The notes under the pieces: generated by a model
What the model was told of the DNA's origin: nothing
The model's database searches: none
The model's input: only the letters and a program-made list of their open reading frames with translations
Part shown: positions 19,445-27,786 of the stretch, one piece after another
How the letters are laid out: each line of letters opens with the position of its first letter
Position numbering within the stretch: the first letter of the stretch is position 1
Translations under genes and position numbers: made by a program
Virus genome (UHGV): UHGV-0390922
Source of the DNA: a virus
Direction: 5' to 3' (one strand)
DNA length: 42,516 nucleotides

Positions 19445-19877
19445 ATATCTGGATGCGCTGATTTTTGACCGTGTGGCGGCAGATGTACAGGAACTGACAG
19501 ACAAAGCGTATATTGATTACAGGGATTTAAATCGTATTGAGTCAGCGATCAAATGGGTTTCTTATGTATTAAACAAATATGGATACAGGAATGTTACAGA
19601 TAACAAACTTAACTGGAAACCCGAAGACCGACGAACAGATAGGGAAATGGATCGGCTGCGAACTAATCTTATAACAATTCGAGAGGCTTACTATACGCTT
19701 CCCAGTACCCCGCAGACCCCAGAGAAAATCACGTTTGCGTCTGTTTATCAGGCGAATTTTATTGAAAAGATTATATTTGATATAGGAGATTTGATTGAAA
19801 AATCATTTCCTGGTCCATATAGATTATCCTTTCATTTGGGAAAACGTACATTTGGAAACAGGAGCATAAACATATGA
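19437..19877 (+). CDS. hypothetical tail-fibre associated protein
   Basis: Synteny only. Confidence 0.3.
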   Translation: MSKYLDALIFDRVAADVQELTDKAYIDYRDLNRIESAIKWVSYVLNKYGYRNVTDNKLNWKPEDRRTDREMDRLRTNLITIREAYYTLPSTPQTPEKITFASVYQANFIEKIIFDIGDLIEKSFPGPYRLSFHLGKRTFGNRSINI

Positions 19878-20374
19878 GTTTAAAGACTACTTACAGAGAT
19901 GATAAATTTTCAGGACGCCGCAAATACCGGATGATCGAGAATGAAGATGGTACTATCAGCTTTGATGATGTAACGGACTATGCAGAGGAAGGGGATATAT
20001 TTTCTTCTAATGATATCAATGTAACAAACAAAGCGATCAATGATGCAAATGAGAAAATAAAAACAACAAAAAAACAGATCGAAGATCTGGATGCAGAACT
20101 AAAGGGGCAGAGTGTGGTAAATGTACCTGCCAATAATTGGAGTCAATCTGTTCCATATTCGCAAAAAATATCTGTTCCAGGGATTACGGCAGAGGATAGC
20201 CCGTCGGTCGGGGGGCCCTGGCTTGGGGATTCTCCGTCTGTAGATGTGGCCAAAAACAGAAAAAAGGCGTTTGGGTATGTGGATCGTGCTGTGAGTGGAG
20301 AAGGAACTATAATGCTGTATTGCTATGGTTCAAGGCCCACTGTAGATTTTTCAATCATGATAAAGGGGGTATAA
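19874..20374 (+). CDS. hypothetical tail-fibre associated protein
   Basis: Synteny; internal coiled coil. Confidence 0.3.
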   Translation: MSLKTTYRDDKFSGRRKYRMIENEDGTISFDDVTDYAEEGDIFSSNDINVTNKAINDANEKIKTTKKQIEDLDAELKGQSVVNVPANNWSQSVPYSQKISVPGITAEDSPSVGGPWLGDSPSVDVAKNRKKAFGYVDRAVSGEGTIMLYCYGSRPTVDFSIMIKGV

Positions 20375-20377
20375 ATT

Positions 20378-20782
20378 ATGGCAGAGTGCCGGGTATATAA
20401 CGGAAGTGCTTTTAACAATGAAATCTTAACTGCAAAAAGGGAAGATGTTCTGCCTCCGTATATTTTTGTAGGAAATGAAAGTGAGAATGCAGCAGTTGGC
20501 AGTATGGTAGAAAATGGTACAGTTCAAGCAGAACTTCCCATCAATGGGACCTATACGATCCCGGAAGGCCACGCCAGCTCTGTGAAAGTGACGCAGGAAA
20601 TTCCGGTAATTGGACCACAATATATAGTTCCAACAATCAATGGACTAAAGGCAGGAGTGAAAGGGGCATATATGACTGGAAATGTGGTCATAGCTGCTAT
20701 ACAGGGAATATCGGAAGATGTAATAAAAAAAGGTGTGCAGATAGGTCCGTATACGGGAAAATTTGAAGGCTTCGTAGATTAG
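20378..20782 (+). CDS. tail fibre module protein (paralogue A)
   Basis: Shares VTQEIPVIGPQYIVPT and KGAYMTGNVVIA..IKKGVQIGPYTG segments with the next gene. Confidence 0.4.
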   Translation: MAECRVYNGSAFNNEILTAKREDVLPPYIFVGNESENAAVGSMVENGTVQAELPINGTYTIPEGHASSVKVTQEIPVIGPQYIVPTINGLKAGVKGAYMTGNVVIAAIQGISEDVIKKGVQIGPYTGKFEGFVD

Positions 20783-20795
20783 GTGGTGAAAACTG

Positions 20796-21728
20796 GTGGA
20801 GTGTATAATAAAGAATACAGGTGCGGCTTTAGACATCCGTGGATTGACGGCTAAGCCAGGGTATGTAAAAAAGGGCAAAACTTTTATTGGACAGGGCAGC
20901 GATGAAGAACAGATAGGCACCATGCCTATCATTGATGCCGCTGATCATGTCTTGACAATTAACGGGGAGTATCAGTCGGCAGCAGGCTACTATGCCGCAG
21001 GCAGCAGGATTGTGCAAAACATTCCGACCATGGGACAGCAATATATAATTCCTAGCGGCGAGCAGCAGACAGTAGAGACAAAGGATAAATATATGATAGA
21101 AGATGTAGTCATAGCAGGGCTACCAAATCTAAATGCCTTTAATATAAAAAAGGGGGCAGTTATAAAACTTGGTGACTACACAATTATCGGAGCTTATGAA
21201 GGGTATGAGAACAACGATCCTATGGTTCCATATTATAATGGCGTATTTGCTCCTGGCCAATCGATAAACTCTTTTCCTGCATTTGGAAGAAAAGCCGGAG
21301 AATATTATGTGGGAGATGTGACGTTCGGACGCGATAATCTGCATCTTGAAAATCCGCTGGATACACGTTATGTAACAACGGCAATCGTTTTTAACAGGCC
21401 ATTGAATTTTGACGAAATCAATGAGATTGAATTGCGGTATTCTCTGGATAATGCAACAGGTGGATGTTCGGTTCTGGCAGCGACAGGATATGAAACGGAG
21501 TATATTTATAGAAGGGCTGATAGTGGCTCTGGAAAAACTTATCACGAAGGACTTGGAACTTACTGGCAGCGTGAAATACCAGACACAAATGGCAATGTCA
21601 GCAACCGTACGCTTAATGTGGCATCAGTTACAGGAAGCAGGTACCTATACATATCGCTTAGTATGCGTACTACGTCAAGTATAGCGATTGCCAATCTGAC
21701 ATTACGAGAGTTGAAGTGTAAAAAGTAA
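20796..21728 (+). CDS. tail fibre / receptor-binding protein (paralogue B with extra C-terminal domain)
   Basis: N-terminal 140 aa is paralogous to 20378..20782. An additional ~170-aa C-terminal domain follows. Confidence 0.4.
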   Translation: MECIIKNTGAALDIRGLTAKPGYVKKGKTFIGQGSDEEQIGTMPIIDAADHVLTINGEYQSAAGYYAAGSRIVQNIPTMGQQYIIPSGEQQTVETKDKYMIEDVVIAGLPNLNAFNIKKGAVIKLGDYTIIGAYEGYENNDPMVPYYNGVFAPGQSINSFPAFGRKAGEYYVGDVTFGRDNLHLENPLDTRYVTTAIVFNRPLNFDEINEIELRYSLDNATGGCSVLAATGYETEYIYRRADSGSGKTYHEGLGTYWQREIPDTNGNVSNRTLNVASVTGSRYLYISLSMRTTSSIAIANLTLRELKCKK

Positions 21729-21739
21729 GGAGAGAAAAC

Positions 21740-22312
21740 ATGGCAGAGAAGGAATATATACCTACACATTGGGTGAATGATTCAGAACCAGATATTGATG
21801 CGGAACATTTGAACAATATGGAAGAAGGAATTCAAGGTCTGTATAAACCGGAATTTGACGATAGTGGAACGGTAGAAGGGATTACAAGCTTTCCAGCATT
21901 CCTTGAGAAGGTAGTCAGTAAAATGAATCCTATTACATTTTACAAGAACTTTAAAGCTGGAATGTCATTTATCCTTCATGCTGGCCAGCTTGTAAATAAT
22001 GGCTTGTGCAACGAACCGGGAAAGTATCCACTTGATGCTGCTTTTGGAAAGAATCTCCAGGATCAGATCACTCAACAAAATAGCAATTTCAATAAATTAC
22101 ACCCAGTTCCACATCAAATTGCAACAGAACCAGACACCTCCAGCGGAACCAAGTGGGACATATATACATGGGGAGCCGGTTATCTGCGGACCATATTTGC
22201 AAATGGCAACATGGTTGATATAGTAATCACCGAAACTGATATTTCAGCTGTTAAATATGATAAAACAACGGGGCAAAGCAACAGAAAAGTTCTGGCTAAT
22301 TTTACGGAATGA
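21740..22312 (+). CDS. hypothetical tail fibre-associated protein
   Basis: 190 aa; last gene before the terminator. Confidence 0.3.
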   Translation: MAEKEYIPTHWVNDSEPDIDAEHLNNMEEGIQGLYKPEFDDSGTVEGITSFPAFLEKVVSKMNPITFYKNFKAGMSFILHAGQLVNNGLCNEPGKYPLDAAFGKNLQDQITQQNSNFNKLHPVPHQIATEPDTSSGTKWDIYTWGAGYLRTIFANGNMVDIVITETDISAVKYDKTTGQSNRKVLANFTE

Positions 22313-22648
22313 TTATCCTGCAGCTATGATAGCTTTTTAGTAAAATTAGTCTGGTCGTAGCTTGTAAAGATCATACTCCAAGCATCCCCGGTCCATTTGC
22401 TCAGTATCAAAGCTGATATCACCGAATATACATCATCAGCCATAATGAAGGCAACAAAATGACCATTCCCAAAAATGGAATCTGCATCGCCCGTAATACG
22501 AAAATGGTAAACGGTATTCTTAGCTTTTCTAAGGATCCCGCTCTCGGATGATAGATTGTTTTTAAAAAGCGAATAGACAGATTCTGAATGTTCAATGGTG
22601 TCAACATTGATTTGGATATTGCTATATCATTTAGTCTACAGCGTCAAA

Positions 22649-22680
22649 AGTTGAAAATTAGGGTCTATTAAGGCCCTTTT
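22649..22680 (+). terminator. rho-independent terminator at the end of the tail operon
   Basis: AGGGTC tattaa GGCCCT followed by TTTTTG. Confidence 0.5.
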
Positions 22681-22725
22681 TGTATATTTATCCATAACAA
22701 AAAGTAAAGAAAGAGAGGAAAAGAA

Positions 22726-23106
22726 ATGAAAGACACAATGATTTTAAAGGATGGAACCACAGTGGAATTGGAGGCGGGTGCGTCTCTTGCAGCGATCCAG
22801 GTAGCAGCAGCTGACAGAACGGCAATGCTGCAGGTCTGGCAGAAACTGACCGAGGAGAACCTGGCAGAGGTACAGATCAAGAACGGAAGCGGGCTGACAG
22901 TTGGAACGTATACAAATCTTATGCTGGTATCTGAAACATCCACAGTGGATGCGGATGGAGCCGTAACCACTACCTACAATCTGCGGGAAAAAAGCGCGAT
23001 AGAAAAGCGTCTGGACAGCGTTGAGACTGGTCAGAAGATTCAGGATGGCGCTATCGGAGATCTGGGAGAAACGGTTGGGTCGCTTGCAGAGGGAGGTGAG
23101 GTATAA
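22726..23106 (+). CDS. XkdW-like hypothetical protein
   Basis: 126 aa, strong RBS. Immediately upstream of the XkdX-like and holin genes. Confidence 0.3.
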   Translation: MKDTMILKDGTTVELEAGASLAAIQVAAADRTAMLQVWQKLTEENLAEVQIKNGSGLTVGTYTNLMLVSETSTVDADGAVTTTYNLREKSAIEKRLDSVETGQKIQDGAIGDLGETVGSLAEGGEV

Positions 23107-23219
23107 TGGGGGCTTTTTATGGAACACAGATCCAGGCAGGAGAGATCACGCTGGAAGATGTACCTAAATTCTGGCGTAAGAAAACAGAAAAATGGATGAA
23201 AGAAAATTCTGAAAAATAA
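23106..23219 (+). CDS. XkdX-like small protein (37 aa)
   Basis: ATG overlaps the preceding TAA. GEITLEDVPKFW segment resembles the XkdX family. Confidence 0.35.
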   Translation: MGAFYGTQIQAGEITLEDVPKFWRKKTEKWMKENSEK

Positions 23220-23235
23220 GAATGAGAGGTATAAG

Positions 23236-23700
23236 ATGAAAGCTAAAGCAATCGAATACACAATAAGTGCAGCTATCGGAGCGTTTTTCAGTTTCTTTGG
23301 AGTGCTGGCAATCCCGTTAGCTTTGCTGATCCCCTGCAATATCATTGACTACTTTACAGGGATGGCAGCATCAAAGGTGAATGGGGAAAAGATTACAAGC
23401 GAAAAGTCATTTGCGGGTATTGTGAAAAAAGTAATGATGTACATACTGATTTTTGTGGGATATGGAGTAGACTGTATGATTTCCTACGTAGCAGCCAACT
23501 TACATATTGAAATGGCGTTTCCGCTGCTGTTCTCCGCGATGGTGGCGTCCTGGCTGGTAATCAATGAGTTGATCAGTATTACGGAGAATTGTGAGGCGAC
23601 AGGAGTGGCAATTCCTGTATTAAGTCCGGTATTACGTTTTATAAAGAAAAAGATTGAAACGGTAGTGGATACCCCAGAAGAGGGAATAAAGAAAGAATAA
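23236..23700 (+). CDS. holin (holin 4_1 / TcdE-like family)
   Basis: 154 aa, three hydrophobic helices, WLVINELISITEN motif typical of this family. Directly upstream of the lysis region. Confidence 0.7.
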   Translation: MKAKAIEYTISAAIGAFFSFFGVLAIPLALLIPCNIIDYFTGMAASKVNGEKITSEKSFAGIVKKVMMYILIFVGYGVDCMISYVAANLHIEMAFPLLFSAMVASWLVINELISITENCEATGVAIPVLSPVLRFIKKKIETVVDTPEEGIKKE

Positions 23701-23762
23701 GTAGAGTTGTGCGACGTCGCAACGCAGACAGGCCCAGGGGATTCCTGAGGTCTATACTTTGA

Positions 23763-23791
23763 TTGCGGCATAATTGCTGCTGTGCTATAAT
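23763..23791 (+). promoter_or_regulatory. promoter of Fst-like toxin 1
   Basis: TTGCGG, 17-bp spacer, TGcTATAAT extended -10. The 5' UTR contains CCTCC 18 nt upstream of the GGGAGG SD, a possible SD-sequestering hairpin. Confidence 0.5.
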
Positions 23792-23839
23792 GCTAACGTT
23801 ACCGCCTCCGAATCTGGTGACAGAAGGGAGGTGTTTCAT

Positions 23840-23926
23840 TTGGATCACATTCTATCGTTTATCGTCGCTGTTGCGGCTGGTGTAGCCTGCCACTACATCA
23901 TCAAATGGTTGGACGGCGACAAGTAA
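23840..23926 (+). CDS. Fst/Ldr-like type I toxin peptide (28 aa)
   Basis: TTG start 6 nt after GGGAGGTG. LDHILSFIVAVAAGVACHYIIKWLDGDK. Hydrophobic helix plus KWLD charged tail resembles Fst (APIFVGLVLEMISRVLDEED). Confidence 0.5.
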   Translation: MDHILSFIVAVAAGVACHYIIKWLDGDK

Positions 23927-23960
23927 TCGGTAACCAGCCTACAGATGCCTGACTGTATAA

Positions 23961-23999
23961 AATCGGAAGAACCCCCAGAAGGTGTGAGCTTCTGGGGGT
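23961..23999. terminator. bidirectional intrinsic terminator shared by toxin mRNA and antisense RNA
   Basis: GAACCCCCAGAAG gtgtgag CTTCTGGGGGTTC, T-run downstream and A-run upstream. Confidence 0.6.
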
Positions 24000-24036
24000 T
24001 CGTTTGTTTCATTTGGAAACATCCTATCGTTTGCCT
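23961..24036 (-). ncRNA. putative antitoxin sRNA (RNA II-like) of TA locus 1
   Basis: Convergent - strand promoter at 24043..24071. Transcript would cross the direct-repeat copy at 23995..24030 (about 85% identical to the toxin translation-initiation region) and end at the shared terminator. This is the par/Fst architecture. Confidence 0.45.
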
Positions 24037-24042
24037 ACTGGC

Positions 24043-24071
24043 ATTATAGCATATGCAGATTTTAAATGCAA
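24043..24071 (-). promoter_or_regulatory. promoter of antitoxin sRNA 1
   Basis: On the - strand: TTGCAT, 17-bp spacer, TATAAT. Confidence 0.5.
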
Positions 24072-24134
24072 GATACCTGAAAATGATTTTTGTCCGGTTT
24101 TGTGCCGGGCTTTTTTATTTGGAGGCAAAGACAT

Positions 24135-24926
24135 ATGGAAAACGCAGTAAAGAAACTCATTGATCAGGCCGCCCATTGGGATGGCTATCTGGAAAAGAAA
24201 AGCAACGCCCAGCTGGATGATTTTACGGCCAATGCCGGCAGCGGCAATTTCACTTGCTTTGCCAGGGACTATAAGACACATACCGGTCAGAACCTGCAGG
24301 CCCAGCCCTGGTGTGCCATGTTCGTATCAGAGGTATTTGTGCAGGCATTTGGGCTGGAGGCGGCTAAGAAACTTCTGGGCGGCAGCCTGTACCATTATTG
24401 CCCCACAGGGGTCAACCAGTTTAAAAAGGCAGGCCGGTGGGCCGCGGTGCCGGAGCCTGGGGCAGTGATCTTTTTTACCAACGGCCAGAGAGCCTATCAT
24501 ACAGGGATCGTTACAGAGGTGACGGCAACGCGGATCAAGACCATTGAGGGTAATACGTCCGGTGCATCCGGTGTGATTGAAAACGGCGGCGGGGTGTGCC
24601 GGAAGGCTTACAGCCGGTCTTATGGGAAAATTCTTGGCTACGGGCTGCCGGACTGGTCGATTGTCAGCCAATCAGAATACGTATTAGGCTGGCACCATGA
24701 CAGTAACGGATGGTGGTACGCAGACACGTCCCACACCTATTATAAGTCCTGCTGGCAGGTGATTAACCATCACAAGTATTATTTTAACCAGGATGGCTAC
24801 GCATTGACAGACTGGCATCAGATCGATGGGAAGTGGTATTATTTTGAGTCGGCGGCAGGCCACCCGTTGGAATGTGCTTTGTATGTAACCGACGCCAGCG
24901 GGGTACAGGGGCCGGGTGAGTTTTAA
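24135..24926 (+). CDS. endolysin: CHAP/amidase_5-like Cys-His peptidase plus CW_binding_1 repeats
   Basis: Catalytic Cys in QPWCAMFVSEVF and His in AYHTGIVTEV. C-terminal GWHHDSNGWWYAD / DGKWYYFESAAG choline-binding-type repeats. GGAGG RBS. Confidence 0.75.
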   Translation: MENAVKKLIDQAAHWDGYLEKKSNAQLDDFTANAGSGNFTCFARDYKTHTGQNLQAQPWCAMFVSEVFVQAFGLEAAKKLLGGSLYHYCPTGVNQFKKAGRWAAVPEPGAVIFFTNGQRAYHTGIVTEVTATRIKTIEGNTSGASGVIENGGGVCRKAYSRSYGKILGYGLPDWSIVSQSEYVLGWHHDSNGWWYADTSHTYYKSCWQVINHHKYYFNQDGYALTDWHQIDGKWYYFESAAGHPLECALYVTDASGVQGPGEF

Positions 24927-25013
24927 ACCGGATCAAACAAGTGAATATGGAATGTTCAGCCTTGGGATGTTTCCCAGGGCTTTTATTGTACGAAAAATAA
25001 ACGCATAGGAAGG

Positions 25014-25697
25014 ATGGAGTTTATGTTAGTAGAAATTACACAGAGAAACAACGAAGAGGTTTTAACCGCCAGCAGCAGACAGGTAGCAGATAAATTCGAG
25101 AAGGAGCACAGGCACGTACTGGAATCCATTGATAAAATGAAAGAACAGTTGAGTACAGCCGAATTTTCGGCTCTATTCATGGAAGGTAAATATGTGGCGT
25201 CTAATGGGAAGAAGAACAAAGAGTATCTCATGACCCGTGACGGATTCTCACTCCTGGTGATGGGGTTCACCGGAGAAAAGGTGTTGCGCTGGAAACTGGA
25301 CTACATTAAGGCCTTCAATGAAATGGAGAAGGAGCTGAAACGCCTGTATTCAGAGAGACAGAAGTGGGAGATTGAGAGGCAGAAGGGTATCCTGGTGCGT
25401 CACATACTGACCGACACCATTAAAATGAAAGTGACCGACAGTCCTCATAAGAAATTCATGTACCCCAATTACACCAAGCTTATCTACAAGACCATCTTCG
25501 GCAAGACCATGAAGGAACTACAGGAGCAGTATGGGGTGAAGGGGAAGGAGAGTATTCGGGAATATGTGACGGCGGACGAGCCTAAAATGATTGAGGACAT
25601 GGAAATGCTTGTGAGCAGCCTGATAAGCTGCGGCTGGGGGTATGACCAGATCAAGGGATTCATCCAGGAGAACTCGGCGAAGATGTTGGCGGGTTAA
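25014..25697 (+). CDS. phage regulatory protein Rha family
   Basis: VLTASSRQVADKFEKEHRHVLESID...LMTRDGFSLLVMGFTGEKVLRWKLDYIKAFNEME matches the Rha N-terminal domain. Confidence 0.7.
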   Translation: MEFMLVEITQRNNEEVLTASSRQVADKFEKEHRHVLESIDKMKEQLSTAEFSALFMEGKYVASNGKKNKEYLMTRDGFSLLVMGFTGEKVLRWKLDYIKAFNEMEKELKRLYSERQKWEIERQKGILVRHILTDTIKMKVTDSPHKKFMYPNYTKLIYKTIFGKTMKELQEQYGVKGKESIREYVTADEPKMIEDMEMLVSSLISCGWGYDQIKGFIQENSAKMLAG

Positions 25698-25903
25698 GGT
25701 ACTGTGGGAGCTTCCGCCACAGAAGGAAGAATGTATTGTTATCCTTTGAATCCAGATGTCGATTTATTCTGTTAGACTGGTGCCTGGATTAGGACGGGGT
25801 GTTGCGGTGGCCTGGACTCATTGAGTAAAAAATATATGGCGAAGTAAAAGCAGTTATGGTATAATCTGGATGTTGTCCTACCGATACCCGGCAACGGGAG
25901 GAG

Positions 25904-26011
25904 GTGATCGTCATCGAAGCATTGTTTACCTTTATTATTTCTGTCGGAGCAGGTGTGGCTTGCCACCTCATCTGTAAATGGCTAGACAGAAAAGAAAAGG
26001 ACAACAAATAG
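25904..26011 (+). CDS. Fst/Ldr-like type I toxin peptide, paralogue 2 (about 30-35 aa)
   Basis: ...EALFTFIISVGAGVACHLICKWLDRKEKDNK. Start uncertain (GTG 25904 abuts the SD; TTG at 25922 is possible). TGgTATAAT extended -10 at 25857..25865. Confidence 0.45.
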   Translation: MIVIEALFTFIISVGAGVACHLICKWLDRKEKDNK

Positions 26012-26046
26012 CCTAGTGGGTGCTTTGCCACTATAAAAGAAAAGAG

Positions 26047-26111
26047 GAAGCCCTCAACTGTGGTGCAACACGGTTGGGGGCTTCACTCTTTTGTCATCGA
26101 AATACTGCTTA
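26047..26111 (-). ncRNA. putative antitoxin sRNA of TA locus 2
   Basis: Terminator GAAGCCCtCAAC...GTTGgGGGCTTC, then a direct-repeat copy (gtcatcgaaatactgcttacctttt). The convergent promoter is nearly identical to that of locus 1. Confidence 0.45.
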
Positions 26112-26117
26112 CCTTTT

Positions 26118-26146
26118 GCCTACTGGCATTATAACATATGCAATTC
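26118..26146 (-). promoter_or_regulatory. promoter of antitoxin sRNA 2
   Basis: On the - strand: TTGCAT-17-TATAAT. Surrounding ~45 nt (tgcctactggcattata.catatgca) is conserved with locus 1. Confidence 0.5.
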
Positions 26147-26159
26147 TGAAATGCAATAT

Positions 26160-26595
26160 TCTTGAAGTTTTTTATATATCTATAGATATACAGAGATAAG
26201 AGGGTAGGCAATGTCTACCATTTGTCAACCTTGAACAGATTCGGCTATAATATATATGATGATATTATAGGTCTATAGATTTTTTGAAATGTAGATATAT
26301 ATTAACAAACAAAGGGTCGTAGATGATTCCATAACACGCATAAACCATGTTAAATGCTACAGCTGAACTTGGGCAACAACCCCATGGTTGGTGCTACAGT
26401 GGCCGTGGCTGTAAGTATCGAGGAGGCAGCTAAGGAAGGCAAGTTTTAATAAAAGACCTTGGATTTACAAGGAAAAATGAAATTTTAAACTTGGAGGGGA
26501 ATCGCTTTTGAGCGGTTCCTCTTTTGCGGTCTTAGGGATACAAATGCTGTTTTGTCAACCATTTGTCAACCCTTTTTTGAGCGGTAGACAAATTA
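26160..26595. promoter_or_regulatory. attP-like AT-rich region with repeated TTTGTCAACC sites
   Basis: TTTGTCAACC at 26221, 26551 and 26562 (tandem pair abutting the 3' end of int). AT-rich palindromic tracts (tatatatctatagatata). Position between the lysis genes and int. Confidence 0.4.
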
Positions 26596-27786
26596 CTATT
26601 CGATTTGATTTAAAATATCAATCGTATGTGCGGCCATGCGAGGGGTAGCATGGCTGTATATATTAAGAGTAATATCAATATGTTTGTGCCCTAATCTTTT
26701 CTGAACATCTTTTATATCGGCGCCGGCCTCCAGCAGCATAGTTGCATGAGTATGCCTGAGGGAATGGTAGTCAAAATCTTTAAAGCCAAGATTGTAATGG
26801 ATAACACGGCAACAGTGCTGCATAACTCTGGGTTGAATATAAGTGCCGTTTTCACGGCAATTTACCATATTGATAGGCTTTCCGTGCCCATTGGCATTAA
26901 GAACGTGATTATCATCTATATAGAGCTGAGTGTAATATTGTCCATAAAATTCCTTTGCCTTTGCCTGATGATTATATGCGTTACGCAGCAGGCTGAGAGT
27001 CTTGCCATCTAATTCAATCGTGCGAAAGCTATCATATTTTGGGTTGCTGAATACCCAGGAGCCATTTGTGTTCTGAATCTGCTGATTAACACTTAAAGTG
27101 CTGTTTTTGAAATCGATATCGTCCCAGGTAAGTGCAAATGCTTCCCCGAGCCGTAAGCCGCAGCGATATGCAAGCTGCAGGGGGATATGGCAGGAATGTC
27201 CTTCCGGGAATCTGCTGATAATGGTGTTCCATTCTTCGGTGGATATAGAAGTACGGTTCTTTTTTCGAGAAGGTATCTGGGAAGTTGCCCTTTTTGGTGG
27301 TAGTTTTGTACTTTTGGCAGGATTGTATTTAATGAATTGCATAGGCTCTACAGCATAGTCGAGAGCACCTGTCAGAAGTCCTTTGAGCACGGATAGTGTA
27401 TTTCGGCTATACCCTGCATTGAATTTATCATTTATGAAACCCTGTATAATGGCAGGGGTCAGAGATTTTAAATAATAGCTTCCCAGAACCGGAGTGATGT
27501 GAAGAGATATTTTTTTCTTATAATTCAAATAGGTATCTATTTTGAGATTTGTTTTGCAATATTCTTCCAACCAAAGCTCATAGAAATCAGATACAGATAT
27601 CTCAGACGGTACAAAGTGAGATCCGGCGTTATCATACTCCGCCTTTGCCTGTGTTCCGGCGGCCAGAGCTTCCGCTTTAGTGCGGTATCCGCCCTTGCTG
27701 ATGGAATTACGCTTGCCGTTGATACGCGCGCCCTCAAAAGACCATTCCCAGGTCGATCCACGTTTGCGAGTTCTTAATTGTCCCAT
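26596..27786 (-). CDS. int: tyrosine-type site-specific integrase
   Basis: C-terminal RLGEAFALTWDDID...HSLRHTHATMLLEAG...LGHKHIDITLNIYSH (R..HxxR..Y catalytic signature). Start at ATG 27786, 7 nt after GGAGG. Confidence 0.85.
   Translation of the reverse strand: MGQLRTRKRGSTWEWSFEGARINGKRNSISKGGYRTKAEALAAGTQAKAEYDNAGSHFVPSEISVSDFYELWLEEYCKTNLKIDTYLNYKKKISLHITPVLGSYYLKSLTPAIIQGFINDKFNAGYSRNTLSVLKGLLTGALDYAVEPMQFIKYNPAKSTKLPPKRATSQIPSRKKNRTSISTEEWNTIISRFPEGHSCHIPLQLAYRCGLRLGEAFALTWDDIDFKNSTLSVNQQIQNTNGSWVFSNPKYDSFRTIELDGKTLSLLRNAYNHQAKAKEFYGQYYTQLYIDDNHVLNANGHGKPINMVNCRENGTYIQPRVMQHCCRVIHYNLGFKDFDYHSLRHTHATMLLEAGADIKDVQKRLGHKHIDITLNIYSHATPRMAAHTIDILNQIE

Noticed and set aside
24090-24134. Longer N-terminus for the endolysin (start at 24090)
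   Set aside because: The ATG at 24135 has a GGAGG RBS at the right spacing. The upstream extension overlaps a hairpin/T-run and has no RBS.
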